A DNA stretch of 64,000 nucleotides from a virus. Its lineage: Duplodnaviria; Caudoviricetes. Shown here one piece after another: positions 1 through 8,945 of this stretch. The position numbers were made by a program, and so were the translations under genes. The DNA is taken from IMG/VR virus record IMGVR_UViG_3300009183_000045. The stretch is one strand, 5' to 3'. The notes under the pieces are model-generated. The model saw only the letters and a program-made list of their open reading frames with translations, did not search any database and had not been told where the DNA came from. The first letter of the stretch is position 1. Every line of letters starts with the position of its first letter.

Positions 1-25
1 TGATAATATTATTGGTGACATAAAC

Positions 26-724
26 ATGTCTGGTATTAATGCCAGCGTGGTTAAAATTAACAATATAGATGTTTTATTAGGGGGTTTGATAGGTGAAAAT
101 TCTTGGAAGCCTGGTAGCTGGTCTGAAGACGGTCAATATTTGTCTATAACTTCTTATGTAAGCTCTTATACCCCATATATTACCTCTTATGGTATAGAAA
201 ACATTCCATTTTCTGGAGATTTACAATTTGCAAACCATTCTGGTAAAAAAATAAACGTTACCGGATTACAAGGAAGAAATATATTACCCGAATTTCCACA
301 AAATGGAGACACTTTAACCTATAATTCAAATTTATCTGCCTGGATACCTTTAAATATACTAGATGTAAACACTTCTATGGGAAGTGGAGCAGTTGCCACT
401 AATCTCGGTATTGCGATTGGTGTCGGAGCGCTTGGATCCTCCAATGGTGTATCAGTTGGAACCCAGGCTGTAAGTGATTTAGCCGGAATATCTGTAGGAA
501 CAAATTCTTCCAGTGCAGAAAATTCCATATCCTTAGGAGTTAATTCTTCTTCTGGTAAGAATGGAGTGGCTATAGGCACAAATGCAATTGCAGCTGAAGG
601 TGAATTATCCATTGTTGCTCCTGGTTTGTTAGATCAATATTATCCAATAGATGATTCAACTCCTATAAATTGGTTGACTATTAATATTAATGGATCTGTA
701 TATAAAATACCTTTATTCCAATAA
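26..724 (+). CDS. Putative virion/fibre-associated protein with YadA-head-like beta-roll repeats
   Basis: About six 13-14 aa repeats of the type GIAIGVGA/GVSVGTQA/SISLGVNS/GVAIGTNA, and a C-terminal WLTININGSVYKIPLF motif typical of phage structural proteins. Confidence 0.55.
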   Translation: MSGINASVVKINNIDVLLGGLIGENSWKPGSWSEDGQYLSITSYVSSYTPYITSYGIENIPFSGDLQFANHSGKKINVTGLQGRNILPEFPQNGDTLTYNSNLSAWIPLNILDVNTSMGSGAVATNLGIAIGVGALGSSNGVSVGTQAVSDLAGISVGTNSSSAENSISLGVNSSSGKNGVAIGTNAIAAEGELSIVAPGLLDQYYPIDDSTPINWLTININGSVYKIPLFQ

Positions 725-728
725 AGAG

Positions 729-757
729 TTGATTTTTTAACAAAAACCTAATAATAT
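729..757 (+). promoter_or_regulatory. Sigma70-like (early) promoter
   Basis: TTGATT (729-734), 17-nt spacer, TAATAT (752-757), immediately upstream of the tightly packed 763-5052 gene run. Confidence 0.45.
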
Positions 758-762
758 TAGGC

Positions 763-1236
763 ATGAAGATTAAAGATTCTCTGGTGGTTTACCTCCCCCA
801 GAGAATCATCATGTTTCCCCTACATCTATACATTAATTCACTAATAACAAGGGTGTTAAATAGATTGTATGAATGGGATATACACACTAGCAAAAAAATT
901 TCTGGCAAAGAAAAATATTTTAATCATTTTTTAGAAAAAGAAATATTAGACATTCTTTCTGAAATTAAAATAGTTTACAAAGATTTAAACCTTAAAATAT
1001 TTACCTTTTATATTAAATGTAATATTTCTGAAACAAATCAAGAATTTTTATCTTTAGACAATTGTGTAATTAAAAAAGTTTTAAAAACCTTCAACAAAGT
1101 GTGTGGAAAATATTTTATTAAAAATATACCCAAAAATATTTATTTTAAACCATCTGAAAAAAGTTTTAAAAATATAAAATGCGGAGTTTTAACTGGTGAA
1201 GAGTTGGAATTCCTAGTTAAACTAACAAATGATTAA
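763..1236 (+). CDS. Hypothetical protein
   Basis: 157-aa ORF overlapping the next start; no motif recognised; start codon uncertain. Confidence 0.55.
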   Translation: MKIKDSLVVYLPQRIIMFPLHLYINSLITRVLNRLYEWDIHTSKKISGKEKYFNHFLEKEILDILSEIKIVYKDLNLKIFTFYIKCNISETNQEFLSLDNCVIKKVLKTFNKVCGKYFIKNIPKNIYFKPSEKSFKNIKCGVLTGEELEFLVKLTND

Positions 1237-2125
1237 CATGTCTGAAAAATATATTATATTTCACATAGATGGTGGTGTAGGCAAAAGTGTGTTAGCCACC
1301 GCAGTTTGCACTTCTATAAAAGCAGCTCATCCAAACAGAAAATTAATTGTTATTTCTGCGTGGCCAGAAGTATTTTTACACAATCCCTTAATTTATAGAG
1401 TTTATAAAGCTGGTAATTTTGCATATTTTTATGAAGATTTTATTAAAAATAAAGACTCTTTAATTTTTCGACTAGAGCCCTATCATGCTCATGATTTTGT
1501 ACATCAATCTAAATCTTTAATTGAAATCTGGTGTGATTTACTGCACATTCCTTGCTCGACTCTACAACCCACTATAGTGTTGTCTCAAAGAGAAATTGTA
1601 AATGCTCAAAGTGTACTTGACAAAAAGAAATCTATATTAATGATTCATCCATTTGGTGGGGGAGATAATGAACCAAATTCCTATTCATGGGCCAGAGATC
1701 TACCACCAGCATTTGCTCAATCCCTGGTTAACAAGTTGTACAAACAATTCGATAAAGTTCTTCAAGTAAGGAGAGATAAGCAGATTTTATTAGAAAATAC
1801 TGTAAGTGTAACAGACAATTTGAGAAATTTATTTTGTTATGTTCATCTTTCAGATAAGATCATAGCCATGGACTCTATGATTCAGCATATAGCAGCAGCT
1901 TTAAACAAACCAGCGGTGGTTGGATGGATAGGCAATTCTCCAAATGTATTTGGGCATAAAATTCACACAAATGTACCACCACAACAAAGACCTGCCTTTA
2001 GACATTCCATTGATTCTTACATGGAAGAGTTGGATTGGACTGGAAAAAGATATCACGAATGTCCTTATGAAGACATTAATCACATTTTTGATGAAAAAGA
2101 ATTTTTAGAATATTGTAAATTATGA
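1229..2125 (+). CDS. GT-B fold glycosyltransferase, family 9 (heptosyltransferase)-like
   Basis: N-terminal HIDGGVGKSVLATAV, WPEVFLHNP, IHPFGG, and C-terminal IAMDSMIQHIAAALNKPAVVGW, which match the GT9 pattern (DS..H.AAA...P). Confidence 0.7.
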   Translation: MINMSEKYIIFHIDGGVGKSVLATAVCTSIKAAHPNRKLIVISAWPEVFLHNPLIYRVYKAGNFAYFYEDFIKNKDSLIFRLEPYHAHDFVHQSKSLIEIWCDLLHIPCSTLQPTIVLSQREIVNAQSVLDKKKSILMIHPFGGGDNEPNSYSWARDLPPAFAQSLVNKLYKQFDKVLQVRRDKQILLENTVSVTDNLRNLFCYVHLSDKIIAMDSMIQHIAAALNKPAVVGWIGNSPNVFGHKIHTNVPPQQRPAFRHSIDSYMEELDWTGKRYHECPYEDINHIFDEKEFLEYCKL

Positions 2126-2403
2126 GCCAAGATATAAATCCTGAAACAGTTGAAACCATCGTTAGCATAGGTAGAATTTTTTCCGAAAAGGAAAACATGT
2201 GGATGCCTTGTTTGAAAGATGAAGCCACACATGATATAGATCCTATGTGGGTTGCAGCAGTAATGTATTTGGTTCTAGACAGATATACTGGATGTGTTCC
2301 AGATGATAAACAAATAGAATTTTATGAAATGACTATGAAGTTTTTTGAAACCATGAAAGAAGATGGGGCTCAATATATTCTAAAAGTTCCTAGCGCGGAC
2401 TAA
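2122..2403 (+). CDS. Hypothetical protein
   Basis: 93-aa ORF, ATGA-coupled to the upstream gene. Confidence 0.65.
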   Translation: MSQDINPETVETIVSIGRIFSEKENMWMPCLKDEATHDIDPMWVAAVMYLVLDRYTGCVPDDKQIEFYEMTMKFFETMKEDGAQYILKVPSAD

Positions 2404-2411
2404 ATACCTAT

Positions 2412-3683
2412 ATGAACAGACGTGATTTTTTATACACTGGGTTGTTTGGGGGTTTGGGTTTAGCTACGGGTGACATGCTCAAACTGCAAGCGCAGTCTGG
2501 GTTGGTTCCGAAGGCACAGTCAGTAATACATATCTATTTGCCCGGCGGAGCTGCCGCTCAAGAAATGTGGGATCCAAAACCATTAGCACCTGCAGAGTAT
2601 AGAGGACCCTTAGGTTCCGTACAAACTGTAATTCCTGGTGTACATTTTTCTGAACACTTGGCCAAGACAGCAAAGATTGCAGATAAGATTACAGTAGTTC
2701 GATCTATGACCCATGGTGATGCCGCTCACGAGAGAGGAACCAGTACCATGTTTACCGGATATAGGCCTTCTCCAGCAGTTAACTACCCATCTTTTGGTGC
2801 AGTTACGTCTCATCAATTTGGTAGCAAAAATAATTTGCCAGCATACGTTTGTATTCCACAAAAATTAGACAACAATGGTAGCGATGTGGCAGGGACCGGA
2901 TATCTTTCTAATGCATTTGGTCCTTTTAGCTTAGGCAGTGACCCTGCAGCTCCTGGATTTAAAGTAAGAGATCTTCAAACCACAGTTAGTGATGAGCGCT
3001 TTAGCAAAAGACTAGGAATTCTTGACACAGTTGATAGTCACTTTAAATATCTAGAAAAGAGTGACAATCTTACTGCCATGGATACGTTCTACCAACAGGC
3101 GTATGATCTTATTGCTTCGCCGAAAGCAAGAGGAGCTTTTGATCTGACCCAGGAAAAAGATATGCTCCGAGACGCTTACGGCCGCAATCAAGCCGGCCAG
3201 CGTTTGTTAATGGCTCGCCGCCTAGTTGAATCAGGAGTTCGATTTGTATCTGTAACATATGGAGGATGGGATATGCATACTGGTATTGGTTCAGGGATCA
3301 GCAAGACATTGCCTCCCTTTGATCAGGCTTATTCTACTTTAATTAACGACTTAGATCAAAGAGGAATGCTTAATGACACCATTGTAATGGTATCTTCTGA
3401 GTTTGGTCGTACTCCAAAAATTAATAAAGACGGCGGAAGAGATCATTGGCCTCGAGTATTTTCAGTAGTATTTGCGGGTGGAGGCTTTAAACGTGGATAT
3501 ATTCACGGTGCTTCTGATGCAACTGGAGGAGATGTGGATAATTCACCTCTAACTATTGAAAACCTAGCGGCAACTCTGTATACTCAGCTTGGAATTGATC
3601 CAGATTCTAAGCTTATGACACAAGATGGCCGGCCCGTTGCGGTTGTTTATAACGGAACAGCAGTAAAAGAACTTATAGCATAA
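2412..3683 (+). CDS. DUF1501-family protein (alkaline phosphatase/sulfatase-like superfamily) with twin-arginine signal
   Basis: MNRRDFL Tat motif; HIYLPGGAAAQEMWDPKP, ARRLVESGVRFV, GGWDMH, SEFGRTP, GRDHW, TLYTQLGIDP are hallmark DUF1501 motifs. Confidence 0.9.
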   Translation: MNRRDFLYTGLFGGLGLATGDMLKLQAQSGLVPKAQSVIHIYLPGGAAAQEMWDPKPLAPAEYRGPLGSVQTVIPGVHFSEHLAKTAKIADKITVVRSMTHGDAAHERGTSTMFTGYRPSPAVNYPSFGAVTSHQFGSKNNLPAYVCIPQKLDNNGSDVAGTGYLSNAFGPFSLGSDPAAPGFKVRDLQTTVSDERFSKRLGILDTVDSHFKYLEKSDNLTAMDTFYQQAYDLIASPKARGAFDLTQEKDMLRDAYGRNQAGQRLLMARRLVESGVRFVSVTYGGWDMHTGIGSGISKTLPPFDQAYSTLINDLDQRGMLNDTIVMVSSEFGRTPKINKDGGRDHWPRVFSVVFAGGGFKRGYIHGASDATGGDVDNSPLTIENLAATLYTQLGIDPDSKLMTQDGRPVAVVYNGTAVKELIA

Positions 3684-3684
3684 T

Positions 3685-5052
3685 ATGAAAGACTGTGGTA
3701 ATCATATCGAGTCCGTTCCTACTACTAGGAGAGAATTATTAACTAATTTTGGGTGGGGTATGGGAGGATTGTCTTTAGCTTCTTTGTTGGGAGTATGTCC
3801 TAATACAGCCGAAGCCGTATCTCCTCTTGCAGCAAAAAATCCACACTTTCCTGTAAAGGCAAGAGCAGTCATTCAACTAGTAGCAAGTGGTGCTCCAAGC
3901 CATGTTGATACGTTTGATTACAAACCCGAACTGCAAAAAAGAGATGGCCAAAAAGGAGACAATGGCAATCTTCTTGCTTCACCTTTCGAGTTTCCTCGAT
4001 TTGGTAAATCTGGATTGCACATTTCTGAAGTATGGTCCAAGTTAGGAGCTCATGCTGATGATATGGCGATCATCAATTCCATGTTTACCGAAATTCCTGA
4101 TCACAACATTGCCCAAAAAATGTTTAATACCGGATCAGCACAATTGCCCAAGCCTAGTTTAGGAAGTTGGTTGGCATATGGACTAGGAACCACTAATCAA
4201 AATATGCCGGCATTCATTTCTTTAAATGGGAGTCCAGAATGGAGACAGTGTGCTTTTTTACCCGGAATGTTTCAGGGTTGCAATGTTCAATATAAAAATA
4301 ACATGAAGTCAGATCAGATCCTTTCTAATCTAACCAGTCAGTTTTCTACATTAGACCGCCAGCGCCGGCAGTTAGATTTAGCCAAGATGATGAATTATGA
4401 TCACATGAGTCGCCTACAGAAGGACATTCAGCTGGAATCTAGAATCGAAACATTTGAAACTGCATTTAAGATGCAAACAGAAGCAACAGACGCTTTTGAT
4501 ATATCTAAAGAATCAGAAGCTACCCATGAGTTATATGGCAAAAACGAAGAAGGAAATAAAATGATGGTTGCTCGGCGCCTGGTAGAGAGAGGAGTTCGGT
4601 ATGTTCAAGTCCAAGTTGGTGGTTATGATCATCATATGGATATAAAAACAGCTATGACCCGGACCGCTGGTAGATATGACCAAGCCTTCTCTGCTCTTCT
4701 TACTGACCTTAAACAGCGAGGACAGCTAGATTCCACTCTTGTAATCTGGGGTGGAGAGTTTGGTCGTACTGTCACGGCAGGCGGCGGCGCGGGTGCCCCT
4801 GGAAGAGATCATAATGGTAAGGCATTTTCTGTGTGGATGGCTGGTGGAGGTGTTAAAGGCGGCCAGCGATATGGCGAAACAGATGAAACCGGCTCCAAAT
4901 CAATTAAAGATGTAGTACATATTCATGATTTACATGCTACAATTTTAGCCCTTATGGGATTTGATCATAAAAAATTGACTTACAATTATAACGGAAGAGA
5001 GTTTCGATTAACTGATAACTTTGGAAACGTGGTTAAAGAAATTATTTCTTAA
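3685..5052 (+). CDS. Second DUF1501-family protein with twin-arginine signal
   Basis: TRRELL Tat-like motif; PHFPVKARAVIQL, GAPSHVDTFDYKP, ARRLVERGVRYVQV, YDHH, GEFGRT, GRDHN, HDLHATIL, RLTD motifs. Confidence 0.9.
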   Translation: MKDCGNHIESVPTTRRELLTNFGWGMGGLSLASLLGVCPNTAEAVSPLAAKNPHFPVKARAVIQLVASGAPSHVDTFDYKPELQKRDGQKGDNGNLLASPFEFPRFGKSGLHISEVWSKLGAHADDMAIINSMFTEIPDHNIAQKMFNTGSAQLPKPSLGSWLAYGLGTTNQNMPAFISLNGSPEWRQCAFLPGMFQGCNVQYKNNMKSDQILSNLTSQFSTLDRQRRQLDLAKMMNYDHMSRLQKDIQLESRIETFETAFKMQTEATDAFDISKESEATHELYGKNEEGNKMMVARRLVERGVRYVQVQVGGYDHHMDIKTAMTRTAGRYDQAFSALLTDLKQRGQLDSTLVIWGGEFGRTVTAGGGAGAPGRDHNGKAFSVWMAGGGVKGGQRYGETDETGSKSIKDVVHIHDLHATILALMGFDHKKLTYNYNGREFRLTDNFGNVVKEIIS

Positions 5053-5054
5053 TT

Positions 5055-5840
5055 TTACTCTTCATAAAAGAAATTAATTTTTAACTTGGACAGACTATCG
5101 CATACCCACGCAACACTATCATCTCTAGTCCACTCCTGAGTTTTAGTGCGAATTCCTTTAATAAACACATCGGAGAAATTTTCACCAAAATTAATTTCCG
5201 GTGTTCCATACCTACCATGAATAACACCCAACGCAGCTGCATTAGGTAAACTTTCAATAACTCTCATCCAGCATTGTCTAAACGCGTCCGGACAAACTAA
5301 CCAAAAAGATAATAAATTCATATCCAGGGTCTGTTCGGCGGTTTTGAGAATTACAGAACCCCGAAATGTATGATTATTTTTTGATATTGAACAATATTGA
5401 GTTATAGAAACCGCCCGCCCCGACTGTTCTATCAAATAAGCCAACACCGCAACAATAGCACCCCTTTCAATCATGGCATTTTTAGAGAAACCAGAAGGAG
5501 CGGTGGAGTTTATTCCTATTTTAATGATTTTTCTTTCATCATCCGGGTCTTTAGATATAAAAGATCCCTTATTAAAAGATTGCTGAGGATCAAGCCAGCA
5601 CTCTGGCGCACCAGAACAAACTAAACCTATATCAAAAAATAAGCCAGCTGTAGCAGGAAAAAATTCCTTCCAGAATTTTTCTGGTTCTATTTGTAGCGGC
5701 AGATTTTGAAGTAAATCAACTATATAGGACATCCCATCAGACCACCCACCCCGAGCATTACTCAGAACAGATGAGTCACTACCATAATCTATAAAATCTA
5801 TAAGATCTTGTGTAGATTCAAAGTTGAGAATAGTTTCCAT
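5055..5840 (-). CDS. vWA-like partner of the MoxR/CobS AAA ATPase (DUF7192-like)
   Basis: GLFFDIG...GAPECW and RGAIVAVLAYLIEQSG motifs; lies directly downstream of the AAA gene; start moved to ATG 5840, 5 nt past the upstream stop. Confidence 0.55.
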   Translation of the reverse strand: METILNFESTQDLIDFIDYGSDSSVLSNARGGWSDGMSYIVDLLQNLPLQIEPEKFWKEFFPATAGLFFDIGLVCSGAPECWLDPQQSFNKGSFISKDPDDERKIIKIGINSTAPSGFSKNAMIERGAIVAVLAYLIEQSGRAVSITQYCSISKNNHTFRGSVILKTAEQTLDMNLLSFWLVCPDAFRQCWMRVIESLPNAAALGVIHGRYGTPEINFGENFSDVFIKGIRTKTQEWTRDDSVAWVCDSLSKLKINFFYEE

Positions 5841-5844
5841 GCAA

Positions 5845-6897
5845 TTAAGCCTGACGTATTTTGTCAATTGTATTTGGTGACATGGCTTTATACAAAAGAC
5901 CCTTTTCTAAAAATTGAATAGGAACTCCCTGCTTAATTAAAGCAATTCCTATATAAGTGGCTCTCGGCGAAATAATAGCCTTAATACCCAATTCTACTAT
6001 TGTATCTCGTGTTTTCTTAACAGTTTCAAGCCAGGATTCTACTGTTGGAACTTTTTGACCAGCATTATCCCATTGAGGTGAAGAAATTCCTGGGTAACCA
6101 GCAACATGAGATTCTAATCCATCATCATACGGCATTTCAATAAAAAAGAAACGATCCAGCGTTGCGGCATCTATCTGAACTCTGCCTACATATCCACTGG
6201 TTGCTCCTAAACCAAAAGTGTTAGCACATGCAATAACCACAAAATCTGCATGGCGTTTAACTGCTCTGTCAGGAAACTCATTTGAATCATTGGCCAACGC
6301 ACTATTAAGTACCGCCAAAACATTAGCATTGCCGTTGTCTATTTCATCGAGACAAAATATACCACCATTTTCATAGGCCTGCCTAAAACTAGTAGACCTA
6401 TAAACACCCTGGGCGTCCATATATCCCAAGAGATCTGTTTTAGTAGTTTGACTACACACACTTAAGGCAGCATATGGTAGATTCAATTTAGCAGCAGTAG
6501 CGGCAGCTAAGGTAGATTTTCCGCTTCCAGCCGGCCCCACAAGCCACACATGACAACGAGCATTTAATACTTTTGTAACAAGGGGAAATAAATAGTGATG
6601 ACGAACTTTGTCTGGTTTAATCTCCAAAGTAGCCGCCAAAGGTGAAGACACTTCTTTAATAATTTCTTTAATAAGAGGATCTTCTTCCTTTGCCTTCTTA
6701 ATAAGTTCTTGTATTCTCAATTCTTCTCTTTGTTTATGTAAATCTTCTACATCTCTAGATCGAACTATGTGAATATTTGCTCTAAGTATTTGTTGTTCCG
6801 GTGTCAAAGTGGCGGTAAACTGATCACTTATTTCATGCATCAATTTACTTTTTTCTTTAATCAATTCATCAAGTTGTTTTATTGTATAATTTTCCAT
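5845..6897 (-). CDS. MoxR/CobS-like AAA+ ATPase
   Basis: Walker A GPAGSGKS, Walker B FCLDEIDN, ANTFGLG...YVGRVQIDAATLDRF and ISPRA motifs typical of phage CobS-like ATPases; N-terminal coiled coil. Confidence 0.85.
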   Translation of the reverse strand: MENYTIKQLDELIKEKSKLMHEISDQFTATLTPEQQILRANIHIVRSRDVEDLHKQREELRIQELIKKAKEEDPLIKEIIKEVSSPLAATLEIKPDKVRHHYLFPLVTKVLNARCHVWLVGPAGSGKSTLAAATAAKLNLPYAALSVCSQTTKTDLLGYMDAQGVYRSTSFRQAYENGGIFCLDEIDNGNANVLAVLNSALANDSNEFPDRAVKRHADFVVIACANTFGLGATSGYVGRVQIDAATLDRFFFIEMPYDDGLESHVAGYPGISSPQWDNAGQKVPTVESWLETVKKTRDTIVELGIKAIISPRATYIGIALIKQGVPIQFLEKGLLYKAMSPNTIDKIRQA

Positions 6898-6904
6898 ATA
6901 GTTA

Positions 6905-6910
6905 TATTTA
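6905..6910 (-). promoter_or_regulatory. T4-type late promoter core TAAATA
   Basis: Minus-strand TAAATA 7 nt upstream of the AAA ATPase start. Confidence 0.4.
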
Positions 6911-6953
6911 TTAATTTAGTTCATTCTCTTGCACTTTAGAATCATCATTGGAT

Positions 6954-7931
6954 TCATATTAATTCAAAATAATTAGGTTTTATGTTAAAACTCAGTCCCT
7001 CATTATAACTAGTTATGTTAATGTTGTTAATCATGAGCTTGGTTCTGCCTATTAAGTGCAAATACAGATGTTCGGTTTTAATGCCCCGCTCGTCCTGAAT
7101 TCTAAATAATTTTCCTTTTTGATAAGAAAAATACTGGTTGGTGTAATTTTTAATATTATTTTCTTCAAAATGTCTTGGTATGAAAACATCTTTATAAGAA
7201 GCATTTTCTGCGGGGTTAAACAAATCACACATTTCACCGTTTTCCGTCAACTTATAAAATTTATAAGTTGGAATCAACGTAGAATACACCTTTACAGTGC
7301 CCTGTGACCACCCTTCACAAGTTAAAAGATGTTTATGATTTTTGTTAATAAGTTCATCTTTATGTTTATTTAAACTAAGGTTTAAATAATTTTTATGCCC
7401 ATTTTCAGGCCAAACACCAATATTTGTGAGAATTTGTTTAATAAACCCATCATTTTTATATAGACAAAAATGCCCTCTAGAACCTATAAAATTATAGTTT
7501 TTATCCATTAAAGGTTGTATTATATTTTCAATATCACCCATTATGGTATCATTATCAAAATAACCACAATATTCATACCCCTCTAAGTCTTTTTTAAAAA
7601 TGTCATCAAAATAACACCTATAATCGGCAAATTTATACATTGGAGTTTTTGCTTTAAATACAGTTTCTTTTTCTCTAACGTTTAAAAGCAAAGGATCCGG
7701 GATATCTAAATCAAACCAATCTTTTAAAGTAGCAGTTAACATGGGATTTAAATCTTCAGCAGTTAAAAATTTATCTATTACATTAGAAGGTAGTTCCGGT
7801 TTATTTTTTATGTCATTGATAAACAAAAAGTCTATATTCTTATTTTGTGCCAAGCTGTACAAAAATAAATTAAAAAACGGATGCAGTTGTCCGTGCATGT
7901 GAAATATTAGACATATTTTATTTTTTTTCAT
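6954..7931 (-). CDS. DUF6625-like putative glycosyltransferase
   Basis: KICLIFHMHGQLHPFFNLFLYSL..NKNIDFLFI, YKFADYR, YCGYFDNDTIMGDI, GHFCLYKN; start reassigned to ATG 7931 just past the upstream stop. Confidence 0.65.
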   Translation of the reverse strand: MKKNKICLIFHMHGQLHPFFNLFLYSLAQNKNIDFLFINDIKNKPELPSNVIDKFLTAEDLNPMLTATLKDWFDLDIPDPLLLNVREKETVFKAKTPMYKFADYRCYFDDIFKKDLEGYEYCGYFDNDTIMGDIENIIQPLMDKNYNFIGSRGHFCLYKNDGFIKQILTNIGVWPENGHKNYLNLSLNKHKDELINKNHKHLLTCEGWSQGTVKVYSTLIPTYKFYKLTENGEMCDLFNPAENASYKDVFIPRHFEENNIKNYTNQYFSYQKGKLFRIQDERGIKTEHLYLHLIGRTKLMINNINITSYNEGLSFNIKPNYFELI

Positions 7932-7938
7932 ATTGGAT

Positions 7939-8940
7939 TTATAACAAACTTTGTATTTTTTTGAGTACATCCTCTTTTCTGAGTTTAAAATTTGCACAAG
8001 TAGGATCCGAGGCTCTGGCTTTATTAGTGGGAGTAAAATTTTCATAACCTTCAAGGCCACTATAGGCCATATTCATCCCCTTTGCTGTGCGTTGACTGCA
8101 CTGTAAAGCTCCGTTCTTAGGAGATACAAATAGTATTTTAGCTTTGTTTGGGTTGCAGTATATTTGGTTTGTACTTCCTGTACCGCCGATAACCATTACA
8201 AATTTTGCGTTTCTGAATAGTTGTACTTGTTCTATATAAGGCATTCCGGTTAATGTAATTTTTCTAATTGGTATATCGTTTTCATTTAAAAACTGTAGTA
8301 TTTCTTCTTGATTTAGCAAAAGCCTGCAATCGGAGTCATCCCTGCCTACATATATAAAATCTGTTGGGTTCTCTTCAGGAATTAAGTATTTTTCTAATTT
8401 TTCTGAAAAATAGGATAAAGGTAGGCACCCAGCCGTGGATGTTTTGGTTGAAATTACAAGATTTTCTTTTGTAGTATATAGAACATCACGTTCCGCAAAA
8501 ATTAGCTCATAACTATCTATATTAAAATTAAAAATGTGTCGCAGGACTTCTTTTAAAACGTTACCTGCTCTGCACCACGTCATAAGTATGGCAGTGTTCT
8601 CTGGTGTATATTTTTCAAGAACACCCAAATCTTTATAAAGCAAAAATTGCCCGATAGTCTCATGATGAAGATGCCAGTAATGGCTACCAGTATTTAACTG
8701 AAGCAAATTTTTATCACTCTTTATAGTATGTTTTGGAATTTTTTCCGGTATAGCTTCTTTTTTACTATCTTTAATCCTATTACCAGAACACGAACGTATT
8801 ATTTCTCCAAAAGAGTCTTTAGCTACATCTATATCCCCATCCATGGACATAAAAGATCCTTTAGGAAGCTCATATAAAAAATATGGATCTGGTTGAAAGT
8901 GCAAACTAGAGGATTTATCAAAGTATTTTGTTTTTTTCAT
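7939..8940 (-). CDS. Glycosyltransferase family 61 (DUF563)-like
   Basis: HYWHLHHE, IYVGRDDSDCRLLLNQEEI, MPYIEQVQLFRNAKFVMVIGGTGSTNQIYC match the GT61 core. Confidence 0.75.
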   Translation of the reverse strand: MKKTKYFDKSSSLHFQPDPYFLYELPKGSFMSMDGDIDVAKDSFGEIIRSCSGNRIKDSKKEAIPEKIPKHTIKSDKNLLQLNTGSHYWHLHHETIGQFLLYKDLGVLEKYTPENTAILMTWCRAGNVLKEVLRHIFNFNIDSYELIFAERDVLYTTKENLVISTKTSTAGCLPLSYFSEKLEKYLIPEENPTDFIYVGRDDSDCRLLLNQEEILQFLNENDIPIRKITLTGMPYIEQVQLFRNAKFVMVIGGTGSTNQIYCNPNKAKILFVSPKNGALQCSQRTAKGMNMAYSGLEGYENFTPTNKARASDPTCANFKLRKEDVLKKIQSLL

Positions 8941-8945
8941 AATGT

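Noticed and set aside
5845-6897. Cobalamin-synthesis auxiliary metabolic gene
   Set aside because: The motifs only establish a MoxR-type AAA ATPase; no cobN or other cobalamin genes are in the window
6916-6957. 13-aa ORF (MNPMMILKCKRMN, minus strand) overlapping the DUF6625-like stop
   Set aside because: Too short to support; likely a chance ATGA overlap in an intergenic region that also holds a promoter motif
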